Shown here piece by piece: positions 13,561-27,770 of a DNA stretch of 64,000 nt; position 1 is the first letter of the stretch; each line of letters starts with the position of its first letter. The stretch lies in contig OZ249436.1 of the NCBI GenBank assembly GCA_965235115.1, positions 52,826,001-52,890,000 of the forward strand, read 5' to 3'. The stretch comes from Laetmonice hystrix (taxonomy: Eukaryota). The position numbers were made by a program, and so were the translations under genes. The notes below the pieces were generated by a model. It saw only the letters and a list, made by a program, of their open reading frames with translations, ran no database searches and was not told where the DNA came from.

Positions 13561-16500
13561 TGCTGATCCTGGGGATGGACAAGGAGAGATATTGGACTGG
13601 AGAACTCCAAAAGTCCATCTGTGTCACACAGATAATTATTCTGTCACCCAAGCACTTAGCCACGGCAACCTCTGCCTATATTCGCCACATGTTACAGACA
13701 GCCAGGGTCACCAAGAAGTGTGACCTGGTTACTGAGTCACTGATGACAGTCGGCGTAACCCTATACCGGTATGCAGCAGCGGATCAAGGAGTCTGGAGAG
13801 GAGGATCCAAGGGGCAATTTGATAAGGCGGAAACAGGCTCAATTCAGAAAGAAAATTGGTGTTAAAGGGAGGGTCCTCATCCCTTGGAACCCCCTGGCCC
13901 CGCATCAGGTGTATCAATTTTATGAGAGTCGTTGCCAGAGGTGCTGTCGGACGTTTGTGTGGAAATCAATCTCAATCCAGCACTCTCCAAAACAATTCTT
14001 ACAACCGCCTGAATGGGTCCAGTTCGGAACCTGCCTTCAGTTACAGTGTCAACCTTAACCCCCCTGTATGCACTGACTGAGAACTTTGAGAACCCTTCTG
14101 TTGCTCTCCACACGGATATAGGCCTAGTGGCTAGATTTTACCTGTGCTCCAAGTGGTAGTGCAGGCTGGGTGGGTGGGTTGTATACACGTGTGATATTGT
14201 TACTGGTAGGCACGGTCAGTAACTTATAGCAGCAATCGCGCAGAAATGAATATGGTCATTGAATACGTCGTATTCCCAGGTTATTATCCAACTGTATCTC
14301 GATTTCCGATCCGACAACCAGTAATAATATATTCAAGTAAAAAAATAAATGACCTTTTACTACCACCCTTGTTTTGTTTGTGTGTTTTACGACCATTTAG
14401 CAAAGCTAGGTAGGTTTTTTCTCTCACCGGACAAAGTACGATAAATACTGGGTACAGTTAGGTCGCATGGCTCTTGGTTACAGACAGGCGGTCCCATATC
14501 GAACCCAATATCATAAATCACGATTTACGTGACCTAATGCCCCCTTGCCAGGCGTTCTCCCTCCGTCGCCATTAGCAATGATCAGTTCTCGTTTTATATG
14601 CATGATACACGTGCTGAACCAGAAAGGAAATTTATGCTTTCCTTCTCATTACATGACGACTGCGGCGTGGAAAAATCAGGGTTTTCCACCGCAGGACCTG
14701 TAGGAGTATAACATAACGACTGTGGTCCACTACATGAGTAATCGGTAATTAATGACCAATCAATAGTATTTCATGCGCATTAAGTAGGACTTCAGCGGCT
14801 CGCCATTATGGTGGCCGGTTGGGCATTGCCCATATCTGATCTGAATAATCTAAACGGATTCGATAGTGGACAACATGGGTGATAAAGGCAGATGTTGATG
14901 GCCTTTTGAAGGTGGACATATAAAGCCAGCTTCGAGGAACCCCCCATAAAAGGCGAGATGCAAGAGGCAGGTCGAGATGTTGTATTTATATAGAACGCCC
15001 TGAGATTATAGATCTAAGTATATATACCATGAGAATCGTAGACTTAATGATATATTTACTTGATGTATATTGTTTAGATTCTGTCATGACTTACACGGAG
15101 TATACGGAGAGAACAGGTGCCATTTTAACATCTATAGGGTCGAGGTAATCGAGAAACCTACCTACCACTGTATACGTGGACAGGGGCGTCACTGACGTCA
15201 TGCGATCCTGTCAGCTTACCTTCAAATACCTGGTGATCACCTCATGGCTGGTGATCGCCTCGGGATCGGAACAACACTCTTCACTGCCCTGTCTTTAACA
15301 TATTTTTAGAATGTCCTTTTCGGTTTGACGATGCATCATCAGATTCTATATTTATGATTTATAAACAAAGAAAACATCATCGCACTCCCCGTTGAGAAAT
15401 CACAACTTCTAAGCATAGAATTGAACAGGTCACTATGCGGGTCGAGTAACTGATATTTTACAATTTTGTTAGCTTGCCACATTAAAGGGACCCCCAACTT
15501 TGCAAAAATTGTCCTTTAATAACATTGGAAAGTTGGCGTCGAACTGGCCAACTCTTTCTTCAGTGACATCTAATGTTGTCAGTATAGCGGGTGATTCCTG
15601 GTTTAATCTTGGCATGTGCTCAACCCCATGTGTCCAATTAAGCAGGTAATATTTGGCATGGCACAGTTCCGTATGTGCTCAATCTGCCCCTGGTCGTTGG
15701 CCTCAGATGAAAGACGTGGGAGACCAGCATCGTTAATAGTGTTTGCCGATCCCGACGTGATCCAGACGAGGCATGTATGGCCAGCCTCCCGGCCCCTCTC
15801 GGGGCTCGGTCCGGGGTATATAGACGGCGGGAGGAGGGGGCGGAACAGGTCGATGGTTTGATCTTGACCCCCTGCATGGTCTACGCCAGGACAACGCTGG
15901 GTCTAATAAAGGAGACAAATATTTTTTTGCGGTGAGGCAACAAAATCAGAACCCCCTTACATATGTATATCCAAAACTGTATAAAGCACACAAAAGGAAG
16001 GGAGATTTCACGATCGGTCAAGGATAGAAGTGCCTACCCTATATTATACATGACCTGTGACCGTCGGCGATAATAAGGTGGCGTTTGGACTGGAGTGACC
16101 AGTCACTGACAAGTCACTGACCAGTATCAGATGGACTGGACACAGAGGAGGCGTGGCCGTACGACCACGACGGTCACTATCGGGACCACAGTCCGGGAAA
16201 GGAGACCCTTGTAGGTTCTGAACGGATCATCCGTCACTGAACGTTATCACAGCTTGGCTTCCACGAGTAACAGCTTGGGTGGTCATACACAACCGCTGGG
16301 ATGGCATTTCTATCATCGTAGGACCGTCCACCAAGATTAGGACTTCCCACTCAAACTTTTATCTCTTAAAGGTAGTATATTACCTAAAGAAAACGTTGTT
16401 ATGTTAAACACTTATTTCTTGGTCATTTGGCACAATACTCCAACTTCTATAGAGGTTTGAAGTAACCCTTAATATGGCAGTGTTGTCCGATTCTGATTTT

Positions 16501-16924
16501 TTTATCCCCACGGATGCAGTATTTTAACAGAAACTGTCCCTTTAACTCCATAATGTGGAGGACTAGGACTTCCATCATTACCGACTTTATGTATATAGCG
16601 CCCTATGGTCCACTTTTAATTGCCGAGTGCCTATCAACCAGCATGCCACTATGGCCGAGAGTGGTTGGTAAGGCGTCAATATTAACATTTCACTGCCAAA
16701 ATTGGTCCAGTATTTCCATAATATGTAGCTACAGGAGCCCGGAAATAGATAGCGGAGGCTAGACCGGTTGGTGATTTCCCGGCGTGATTGACGCCCACCA
16801 ACCACTAGGGACTTCCATTAGCAGACTGTAAATGTGTTCTAAACTAAACCCCGACAGGGCATGACGCTCTACTTACTTATCCTTAATAGCTGTTCGAAGC
16901 TCTACACGATCAAAATTTATGTAC

Positions 16925-17136
16925 CTCTCTCTCTCTGTCTCTATTTCTGTCTCTCTCTCCCTCTCTAATCGCATGTCTCATATCTCTATCTCATCTCTCT
17001 TATCTCTATCTAATCTCTCTCATATCTCATCTTATCCCTCTATATCTCTATCTCTCTCTGTCATCTCATCTCTCTATCATCTCTCTCTCCCTCTCCCCCT
17101 CTCTGTCTGTCTGTCTGTCTCTCTCTCCCTCTCTCC
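16925..17136. repeat. degenerate CT-rich low-complexity tract
   Basis: Interrupted (CT)n/(TCTA)n/(GTCT)n runs. Confidence 0.85.
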
Positions 17137-19387
17137 TATAATGTGGCTGGAACCTATACCTGGGGTGAATCTTAACACGTCATGCTCTCTGACACGAAGG
17201 AGATGGGTCCACTAGACGAGATCGCCACCACCTGGCTGAGCTGACAGGTTACACTGGCTGGTTGCTATGGTCACCACGACCATTACTTACATTCAGTCTG
17301 TCATCCACCTTGCCTCCTCTGATCAAATCATGCAAACTCCGGGAGCCGTCAAACGTTATGTCCTCAAGGTGTACTTCAACTCAAAGTGAAACCGGATCCT
17401 ACAGGATGTATCCTCAAAAAATATACATTCATTATTTTCAGCAAATCGCTCCAGACATATTGGTAGACGAAGGTTTCACGATCATGTACAGCAGTGTGAA
17501 CAGGGGTCAGTTTCGTAAACCTGGTTAAAATTAACTTACGCACAAAAATGCAAGGTTTAAACAGGATCATAGACCATGAGAGGCAAATTTAACATGTGCT
17601 GTGTTTACTGCCTTGGAAGACTTCGCAGGGTTCTGGCAGGTGGCGTTTTGCCGAAACAAGCCTATGGCCGCATCAAAGGATATTGTATATCTGCGTCTAT
17701 CATTGAAAGAAAACATTTCAAAATGGCGGCTGCATGTGCCCCCCCCCCCCCCCCAGCTATAGTGACAGTATTAAATTATTATGGACCTGTGGTCCCCCAT
17801 GGAAAAGGAGTTCCTTTGACCGATGAACAACATATTGTTAATGTCTTTTCTGCACCTTTAAATGACAGAGTGAGGCAATATCGTGGATAAAAAACCTCCG
17901 AATGTATACGTATGATGTAAAGTGCATGTTAGGTTCAGCCTGCAGGCTCTGACACGACATAGTTAAAAGACTTGCTGTGATTGCGACCATCTGCCGTCCG
18001 TTGTGAGGCACGTTCCGACCACATAGAGAGTCTGGTAGATGTCGTCTGAGAGCATGCAGTATGTGGAATGAAGAGTAAAGAGATGACAGTTTACTTGAGG
18101 TGGTGTGGCTGTGTAGTGGTGAGATCAGAGCCTTCTGATGGTTGGACACCCTTTATCGTTATAATCGTAAACATTCTTCTTTATACATTTGTTCTTATAA
18201 TTTGGGAATGCGCAGTATTCAGAACGTTTCTGATGGAGAGTAGTAGGTAGAATTCCCTCACACTTTTTTTTCTACAATTAATACGCCTAGATTCCAACTT
18301 TTACTGGTTGTCCTTAACGTTTCAAATGAGGAATTATAGTGACCTGCCTTGACGGTCATATATGATTAAGTTGTATTCTACTTTGTGATCAAATAAATCT
18401 TTAAGAGAACAATTACATCTTATGTTAGAAAAATTCCTATTTCCGATATAGCTATCTGCATTTTTGCAAATTCATCTCAGAACAGATGCCAATCTGTTTG
18501 ATAGAATATCGCTTTGTAGCCTGCCGTATAGGTCTACATGAAAACCAGTATGCTTGGTTTCGGTTTCGGCAGTGGTGCTCGCGGGCAGGAATGTCAACAA
18601 AACGCGATTGCATTTGTCACTGTCCAAGCGAAGAATGACACGGTTTGCTCGTCCGGTTTCGCTATTGTTCGAAGTAAATCGACACATACTGAGGTAGATC
18701 GTTGTAACAGGATATCTTCCTGTGCAGACAGGACAGGTTACCTCTGGAAAATTTTATGTAATTGATTCCCTTTAAGATGCTGTCAGATAAATGGACACGA
18801 ACGGTTAGGAGTTTGCGTGCAGGCCATCACTGTAATCGAAAACCAGTGCCTCGCTATATGTGATATTTCTGGCAAGAAAGATTATCACGAAAGAGATGTT
18901 TGAAAAACCAGAGAGCTGATATCATGCAGTGACGGCGCTTCATAGATGCTCCCATGAATACACTCGACTTGATGTGATTGTAACTGCCTGCTAAAAACAT
19001 CCACAAGGAATAATGTAAACACTTTTTAATGCTGAATTCAAGAACATCGTTTTGGATCAGCATGCCTGAGTTGAATAGCGAGTGATTCATAGCAGCCAGA
19101 AGCCATGATTAAAAAAGCATGTCATTGGCAGCTGTCGATGGAGCGAGCTTAAGTGGAACATCTGCTCCTGATCTTGCATCTTACTCCAGGGATCACAAAA
19201 TGAATCAGCACACTGGTGTCACATCCTGGAGATTTGGTAGCACTTGGACACGGCTTGCTTTGTGTCACCGCTCAGTCTGAGACATTCGGAGAGACGAGAC
19301 GATCATGATGATGTGCGATGGAATTTTATAGAGATGAGCAAGAGTAAAACGACGGATATACATGTATGTGGTCATGTTTCATTAATA

Positions 19388-19525
19388 GGATTACCTCCCC
19401 TGACAGACTGGGATTACTTCCTCTGACAGACTGGGATTACCTCCCCTGACAGACTGGGATTACCTCCCCTGACAGACTGGGATTACCTCCCCTGACAGAC
19501 TGGGATTACCTCCCCTGACAGACTG
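19388..19525. repeat. 23-bp minisatellite GGATTACCTCCCCTGACAGACTG, 6 copies
   Basis: Direct tandem repetition. Confidence 0.95.
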
Positions 19526-20807
19526 TGGCTTGTGACGCTGAGTACTTGTATATACGGACAGGATCAGTAAACTCAATAATTCCTCAACATTCTTGTTGCC
19601 CCTTTAACCTTCCCCAATATCACTTCTGCCGGCCTTGCTCGTTCCATGCCCCAAATTATTCAACCTAATCCTATAACGGGGATGCCTGTTCTAGTATTTT
19701 CCTTCTCTTCTGCGTGGAGAGGGGCTTTTCTTTATAAGTTGGGAATTTTCATCCAACGACGACCATGACATCAGCAAAATAACTACCTTCTTACTCCATT
19801 TTAACGGTACCGTGGTTGGTTACGGAGTGTCTGAAATGGTCTGGAATTAATGATGAGGTCATGTTAATCCTGATAGCATGCATGCGAACCCCATTATCGC
19901 CCATTCCATATCTCTGGCCATACCGGTGGTGGTCATATACTGGAATAATGTAGATGGACATTCGAAGTACTGAGAAGACTCGATACTACACATCGATCCT
20001 TCATCACGACCATCACTCAGGTCCTTGATGAACGACCTCCATGACCATCTCCCGAGAACTGCACGCTCGGTTGACCTTTTGAGGGAGAAACTTTACGCTC
20101 TTTGATCAATATTACCTGTTTCTCTCATACCAGTTTTGCCAATACCACACATTTAAGGGTCATTACTACTGGGCCTGGCCTGCATATTTTGACGTTGTAC
20201 AACTACTACCATAATAGGAATATATAATCCAATATAATCACATACGCGGATATTTCAGGCGTTCTTAATTTATGTATACATTAAAGTACTATGGCCAATG
20301 ACAACATCGGCAGGTCGATGCTCGGACCAGTGCATGTGGGCCTTTTCTGTTGCTCACAGCATACCTTTGTCTAATTAGTATTACTCACTCCAGTTGTCCC
20401 CAGACTAACGCTATCTGTACTCTTGACAAGGAAGCCTGTTGCGTGTCTAACTGCCCTAACTCAGATTCTCATAAAAAACTTACCCGTACTGCATGCAAGA
20501 ATTTAATCCAGACGTAAAAGCGCACAGCTGGTAAACAGTTATGTTATGGCCAAGTAGAGATTAGCTTCAGAGTTATGGATCTGTTTTCCTGCCATAAGAC
20601 GATTAGTACGTGGCCCTGCTGCTACATCAATACTATTTTACGAAAAGGACTGTGGCAGCTTTATATCCGTGCCTCATTGTAGCTATTGTATGCAGCTTTC
20701 CATAAAGATATTTCCAGTTCTGCTTCACGTACGTGCTCCATCATCTCAAAAATGTTATAAAGCGAGGGGTGCAGTTGTAGAGGAAACCCGTAGAGGAAAG
20801 TGAACAG

Positions 20808-23800
20808 AACTTTTATATGTTCTCCAGTAATGTGTCAGAGGAAATTAAACTCACCGGAAACGGTCCAACTGACTTTTATCTGTTCGCCAGTAATGTGTCA
20901 GAGGGAAAGTAAACTCACCGGAAACGGTCCAACTGACTTTTATATGTTCTCCAGTAATGTGTCAGAGGGAAAGTAAACTCGACGGAAACGGTCCAACTGA
21001 CTTTTATATGTTCTCCAGTAATGTGTCAGAGGGAAAGTAAACTCACCGGAAACGGTCCAACTGACTTTTATATGTTCTCCAGTAATGTGTCAGAGTGAAG
21101 TAAACTCAACGGAAACGGTCCAACTGACTTTTATATGTTCTCCAGTAATGTGTCAGAGGGAAAGTAAACTCAACGGAAACGGTCCAACTGACTTTTATAT
21201 GTTCTCCAGTAATGTGTCAGAGGGAAGTAAACTCACCGGAAACGGTCCAACTGACTTTTATATGTTCTCCAGTAATGTGTCAGAGGGAAAGTAAACTCAC
21301 CGGAAACGGTCCAACTGACTTTTATATGTTCTCCAGTAATGTGCCAGAGGGAAGTAAACTCACCGGGAACGGTCCAACTGACTTTTATATGTTCTCCAGT
21401 AATGTGTCAGAGGGAAAGTAAACTCACCGGAAACGGTCCAACTGACTTTTATATGTTCTCCAGTAATGTGTCAGAGGGAAAGTAAACTCACCGGAAACGG
21501 TCCAACTGACTTTTATATGTTCTCCAGTAATGTGTCAGAGGGAAGTAAACTCACCGGAAACGGTCCAACTGACTTTTATATGTTCTCGAGTAATGTGTCA
21601 GAGGGAAGTAAACTCACCGGAAACGGTCCAACTGACTTTTATATGTTCTCCAGTAATGTGTCAGAGGGAAAGTAAACTCACCGGAAACGGTCCAACTGAC
21701 TTTTATATGTTCTCCAGTAATGTGCCAGAGGGAAGTAAACTCACCGGGAACGGTCCAACTGACTTTTATATGTTCTCCAGTAATGTGTCAGAGGGAAAGT
21801 AAACTCACCGGAAACGGTCCAACTGACTTTTATCTGTTCGCCAGTAATGTGTCAGAGGGAAAGTAAACTCACCGGAAACGGTCCAACTGACTTTTATATG
21901 TTCTTCAGTAATGTGTCAGAGGGAAAGTAAACTCGACGGAAACGGTCCAACTGACTTTTATATGTTCTCCAGTAATGTGTCAGAGGGAAAGTAAACTCAC
22001 CGGAAACGGTCCAACTGACTTTTATATGTTCTCCAGTAATGTGTCAGAGTGAAATAAACTCAACGGAAACGGTCCAACTGACTTTTATATGTTCTCCAGT
22101 AATGTGTCAGAGGGAAAGTAAACTCAACGGAAACGGTCCAACTGACTTTTATATGTTCTCCAGTAATGTGTCAGAGGGAAGTAAACTCACCGGAAACGGT
22201 CCAACTGACTTTTATATGTTCTCCAGTAATGTGTCAGAGGGAAAGTAAACTCACCGGAAACGGTCCAACTGACTTTTATATGTTCTCCAGTAATGTGCCA
22301 GAGGGAAGTAAACTCACCGGGAACGGTCCAACTGACTTTTATATGTTCTCCAGTAATGTGTCAGAGGGAAAGTAAACTCACCGGAAACGGTCCAACTGAC
22401 TTTTATATGTTCTCCAGTAATGTGTCAGAGGGAAAGTAAACTCACCGGAAACGGTCCAACTGACTTTTATATGTTCTCCAGTAATGTGTCAGAGGGAAGT
22501 AAACTCACCGGAAACGGTCCAACTGACTTTTATATGTTCTCCAGTAATGTGTCAGAGGGAAGTAAACTCACCGGAAACGGTCCAACTGACTTTTATATGT
22601 TCTCGAGTAATGTGTCAGAGGGAAGTAAACTCACCGGAAACGGTCCAAATGACTTTTATATGTTCTCCAGTAATGTGTCAGAGGGAAAGTAAACTCACCG
22701 GAAACGGTCCAACTGACTTTTATATGTTCTCCAGTAATGTGTCAGAGGGAAAGTAAACTCGACGGAAACGGTCCAACTGACTTTTATATGTTCTCCAGTA
22801 ATGTGTCAGAGGGAAAGTAAACTCACCGGAAACGGTCCAACTGACTTTTATATGTTCTCCAGTAATGTGTCAGAGTGAAGTAAACTCAACGGAAACGGTC
22901 CAACTGACTTTTATATGTTCTCCAGTAATGTGTCAGAGGGAAAGTAAACTCAACGGAAACGGTCCAACTGACTTTTATATGTTCTCCAGTAATGTGTCAG
23001 AGGGAAGTAAACTCACCGGAAACGGTCCAACTGACTTTTATATGTTCTCCAGTAATGTGTCAGAGGGAAAGTAAACTCACCGGAAACGGTCCAACTGACT
23101 TTTATATGTTCTCCAGTAATGTGCCAGAGGGAAGTAAACTCACCGGGAACGGTCCAACTGACTTTTATATGTTCTCCAGTAATGTGTCAGAGGGAAAGTA
23201 AACTCACCGGAAACGGTCCAACTGACTTTTATATGTTCTCCAGTAATGTGTCAGAGGGAAAGTAAACTCACCGGAAACGGTCCAACTGACTTTTATATGT
23301 TCTCCAGTAATGTGTCAGAGGGAAGTAAACTCACCGGAAACGGTCCAACTGACTTTTATATGTTCTCGAGTAATGTGTCAGAGGGAAGTAAACTCACCGG
23401 AAACGGTCCAACTGACTTTTATATGTTCTCCAGTAATGTGTCAGAGGGAAAGTAAACTCACCGGAAACGGTCCAACTGACTTTTATATGTTCTCCAGTAA
23501 TGTGCCAGAGGGAAGTAAACTCACCGGGAACGGTCCAACTGACTTTTATATGTTCTCCAGTAATGTGTCAGAGGGAAAGTAAACTCACCGGAAACGGTCC
23601 AACTGACTTTTATCTGTTCGCCAGTAATGTGTCAGAGGGAAAGTAAACTCACCGGAAACGGTCCAACTGACTTTTATATGTTCTCCAGTAATGTGTCAGA
23701 GGGAAAGTAAACTCGACGGAAACGGTCCAACTGACTTTTATATGTTCTCCAGTAATGTGTCAGAGGGAAAGTAAACTCACCGGAAACGGTCCAACTGACT

Positions 23801-24750
23801 TTTATATGTTCTCCAGTAATGTGTCAGAGTGAAATAAACTCAACGGAAACGGTCCAACTGACTTTTATATGTTCTCCAGTAATGTGTCAGAGGGAAAGTA
23901 AACTCAACGGAAACGGTCCAACTGACTTTTATATGTTCTCCAGTAATGTGTCAGAGGGAAGTAAACTCACCGGAAACGGTCCAACTGACTTTTATATGTT
24001 CTCCAGTAATGTGTCAGAGGGAAAGTAAACTCACCGGAAACGGTCCAACTGACTTTTATATGTTCTCCAGTAATGTGCCAGAGGGAAGTAAACTCACCGG
24101 GAACGGTCCAACTGACTTTTATATGTTCTCCAGTAATGTGTCAGAGGGAAAGTAAACTCACCGGAAACGGTCCAACTGACTTTTATATGTTCTCCAGTAA
24201 TGTGTCAGAGGGAAAGTAAACTCACCGGAAACGGTCCAACTGACTTTTATATGTTCTCCAGTAATGTGTCAGAGGGAAGTAAACTCACCGGAAACGGTCC
24301 AACTGACTTTTATATGTTCTCCAGTAATGTGTCAGAGGGAAGTAAACTCACCGGAAACGGTCCAACTGACTTTTATATGTTCTCGAGTAATGTGTCAGAG
24401 GGAAGTAAACTCACCGGAAACGGTCCAAATGACTTTTATATGTTCTCCAGTAATGTGTCAGAGGGAAAGTAAACTCACCGGAAACGGTCCAACTGACTTT
24501 TATATGTTCTCCAGTAATGTGTCAGAGGGAAAGTAAACTCACCGGAAACGGTCCAACTGACTTTTATATGTTCTCCAGTAATGTGTCAGAGGGAAGTAAA
24601 CTCACCGGAAACGGTCCAACTGACTTTTATATGTTCTCCAGTAATGTGTCAGAGGGAAGTAAACTCACCGGAAACGGTCCAACTGACTTTTATATGTTCT
24701 CGAGTAATGTGTCAGAGGGAAGTAAACTCAACGGAAACGGTCCAACTGAC
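20808..24750. repeat. 63/64-bp satellite array (~62 monomers) with higher-order structure
   Basis: Unit ACTTTTATATGTTCTCCAGTAATGTGTCAGAGGGA(A)AGTAAACTCACCGGAAACGGTCCAACTG. Diagnostic variants recur at 1780-bp spacing. Confidence 0.98.
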
Positions 24751-26326
24751 GGCGGCAAACTGTGCCATAGTTTATTGTTGACGTTTCAGCAATACCACAT
24801 TTGTAAATAAGAGATATAGGCCTATGCTTCTTCTCTTTCTGGACACAATACGTGTATATGCAGGTCCTATATCTAAAATATAAACTGAATATAGTTACAA
24901 ACTATCCAACAGGTGGTGCTGACGACTTGATTGTCGACTGACGACCGGGCAAGTGTGATTTAGTCACTGTGAAGGTACCTCCACGTAATTTATGATCACT
25001 GTATGTAACCGTAATTAGGTCCATTTCTGCCGGGCATTTTTATGCCGAATGGAGGGTAAAAGTAGCATCTGTGTTAGGGTCACAGCACTTGACTTTGATA
25101 GCGCTACGCATCTTTGGGAGCTTTTACTGCTTGATACGTGTTGTAAATGCCTAAAGCCCCCGCCACACAGACCAATTCGATTAACTTGTAACTTTTTAGT
25201 GTTCATAATATTTGAAACTCCGATCCACTTTATCTGGGCGCATGGGCACAAAGAAATCTCTGCTGTGGGTTTGGATGAAACTGTTTTTGCTGGTCGCCGT
25301 GTTGGGTTTGTACTCCTTGCAGGTCGCATGCAAATCGCTGTTTCCGTATACTACTTGCCACGACTCAAAGACGACAGGACAATGTCAGGTGTTTGCTAAC
25401 AGTTAACATGTATCTTTGGTACCCTCCACTATGTCTGAGGCACTGATACGAGATGGTGTAAGCCACACCCAAAGCCCCCTTTTTTATTTTCTAAATACCC
25501 TTTCTTAAGTCTCCGGGGCTTTTGATTGAAAGTCCGGCACGGGATTTAGAAGGAAACTGCTGAAGTCAAATACTTGACATGGCACTTCAGGAAGTAGGGG
25601 AAATTACGTGCTGAGTTCGAGCCACAAATCCCCTTGAGCATTGTAATTCGCCTGTAAAAAGGATGTGAAGATGGTGAAAGAATCTTCATTCTCCAGTTTG
25701 GCAGGTTTTTGTCTGAAAATGCAGTCATAAGTTGTGTTGTTTTTGGCGCTGGTGGTGGTGCGTGGGTGAAGTTAACTGATAGAGACTTGCTCAACCGTAT
25801 AACGTTGCCTACGTGCAAGCGCCATTGTAACAAAAATACATAGGTTGGGTTTTTTCTGAAATACGCAACTTCTTATTGGCAGTGTATCTGAGTCTGTTAC
25901 AGCCTGAGTCAGCTTCATTGTCTTCCGGCGATATCTGCCTGGCGCTATACGACTGTTTCGGTCATATGGAGCCGGCTCTGGCTCCGCTAAACAATTCCGG
26001 ACAATACCGCCAGTTTTAAATAGAGGTACTTAGATACAAAAACCTGTAGATCTTATAATATTTGAAGAACATCCCCAATCAGCGTGTTATCTTGTGGGTA
26101 AGTGTGTTAACTTGATGGCCCAAAGAGAGTGCCAACCTGCCACTACTTTTTGTCATTGTAACGTATAGAGGCTGCAATTCCGGAGCGAGTCGGAGAATTA
26201 GGACCCTAGGGTTAGCACTTGTCTAACTACCTGTCAGCCAGCCAGTGTCCATCGGACGGAGACTGTAAACCTCACCAACCTTGACATTTTGTGGCCGTCC
26301 CTGGGTGGCGGTCGTTAGAATTTATC

Positions 26327-26547
<221 letters not shown>

Positions 26548-27608
26548 GCCCACGGACGCCGGCGGTATGGAGGAAGGCCAACGCGGCGACAGGTGGATGG
26601 ACGGTCTAACCTCCAGCAGTACATCTCATGACGGCTACATGTCGAGCGATAAGTACATGAACAGGAAGAATATATCAGTCAGTCCGATGATCGTCAGTGT
26701 ACTGCTGCATGCTGGGTCACTTCACATCATTAGACTACGTCTTCAACGTACAACGTATACTTCATTTTTATAAACACCTCGGCATATTTGACCGGGCAGT
26801 GGTGGCAAGTCTGAAAACGGAGAATCTAAAACTGAGGTTTAAAAGTCAATTCAGAACGAATGTAAAGAAATGGAGGACTACCAGGTTTTCAGAGTAATTT
26901 GAAGTAAACACAGCACATATTAAATGTGCCTCTCCTGGTCTCTGATCCTGCCGTAATTAACCCTTGAATTTTGGGCGCAAGTCAATTTTAACCAGGTTTA
27001 CGACCCCCCCCCCCCTCCCTGTTCACACAGGCGTGACATGCTGAAAATGAACACCAATGTGTCGCGATCAATTTTCTCAAAATAAAAAAGGGTCATATGG
27101 TTAATTATTCTGAGTGTATATTGTTTGATACGACCTTTAATACAGACAAAAAATCTATAAAATGTTGAATTAGTTTGACTTATCAAATCTTGTAACACTA
27201 AAGCAGCAAAGGCTTGACATGGCCCCTTTCCTGGGAGGCTTCCAGGCACCTCTTGGTGAATTCATATCAATTGTTTATTGGAAATTTATGCGAATGCTGC
27301 AGACAGGAGAACATAGTATGGTGCATTCAGCCAAATGAGTTCGGAGAACTGACCTGCCATCAATTTATGACTTACAAAAAATATATTAACGAGACTTTCT
27401 GAGCGCCTATTGTAATGTCGCTTCAAATCGAGGAGAAATGGAATATTTCAGGTCTTACCTGCCCATTAGGAAATTGGTTCAGATTGATCGGAAAATTATG
27501 TTGCATGAATAGGCGCAGTGTCTTGGTTTTAGAGTGATAGAGTGGTTTTTAAATATCACATCCATTGTCCGACACTAATTTGAATACGTGATGACATACT
27601 ATAGCTAA

Positions 27609-27685
27609 CTCTCTCTCTCTCTCTCTATCTCTCTCTCTTCTCTCTCTCTATCGCTCTCTCCCCCTCTCTCGCTCGCTCTCTCTCT

Positions 27686-27735
<50 letters not shown>

Positions 27736-27770
27736 ACCTCTTTGTGCGTGTCTCTCTGTCGTCCTCTCTA
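27609..27770. repeat. (CT)n microsatellite, interrupted
   Basis: CT runs with CG/AT interruptions. Confidence 0.9.

Noticed and set aside
12873..13865. 330-aa ORF with PCFTYQSLG repeats
   Set aside because: It stays open only because the 30-bp unit lacks stops in several frames on both strands. It has a GTG start and no recognisable domain.
16650..16800. tRNA-like A-box (GGCCGAGAGTGGTTGGTAAGGCG)
   Set aside because: No B-box or cloverleaf follows. At most a decayed SINE head.
20808..24750. CRISPR-like array, or the many 69-97-aa ORFs within it
   Set aside because: The monomers are contiguous with no unique spacers, there are no cas genes, and the context is eukaryotic. The ORFs are frame artefacts of alternating 63/64-bp units.
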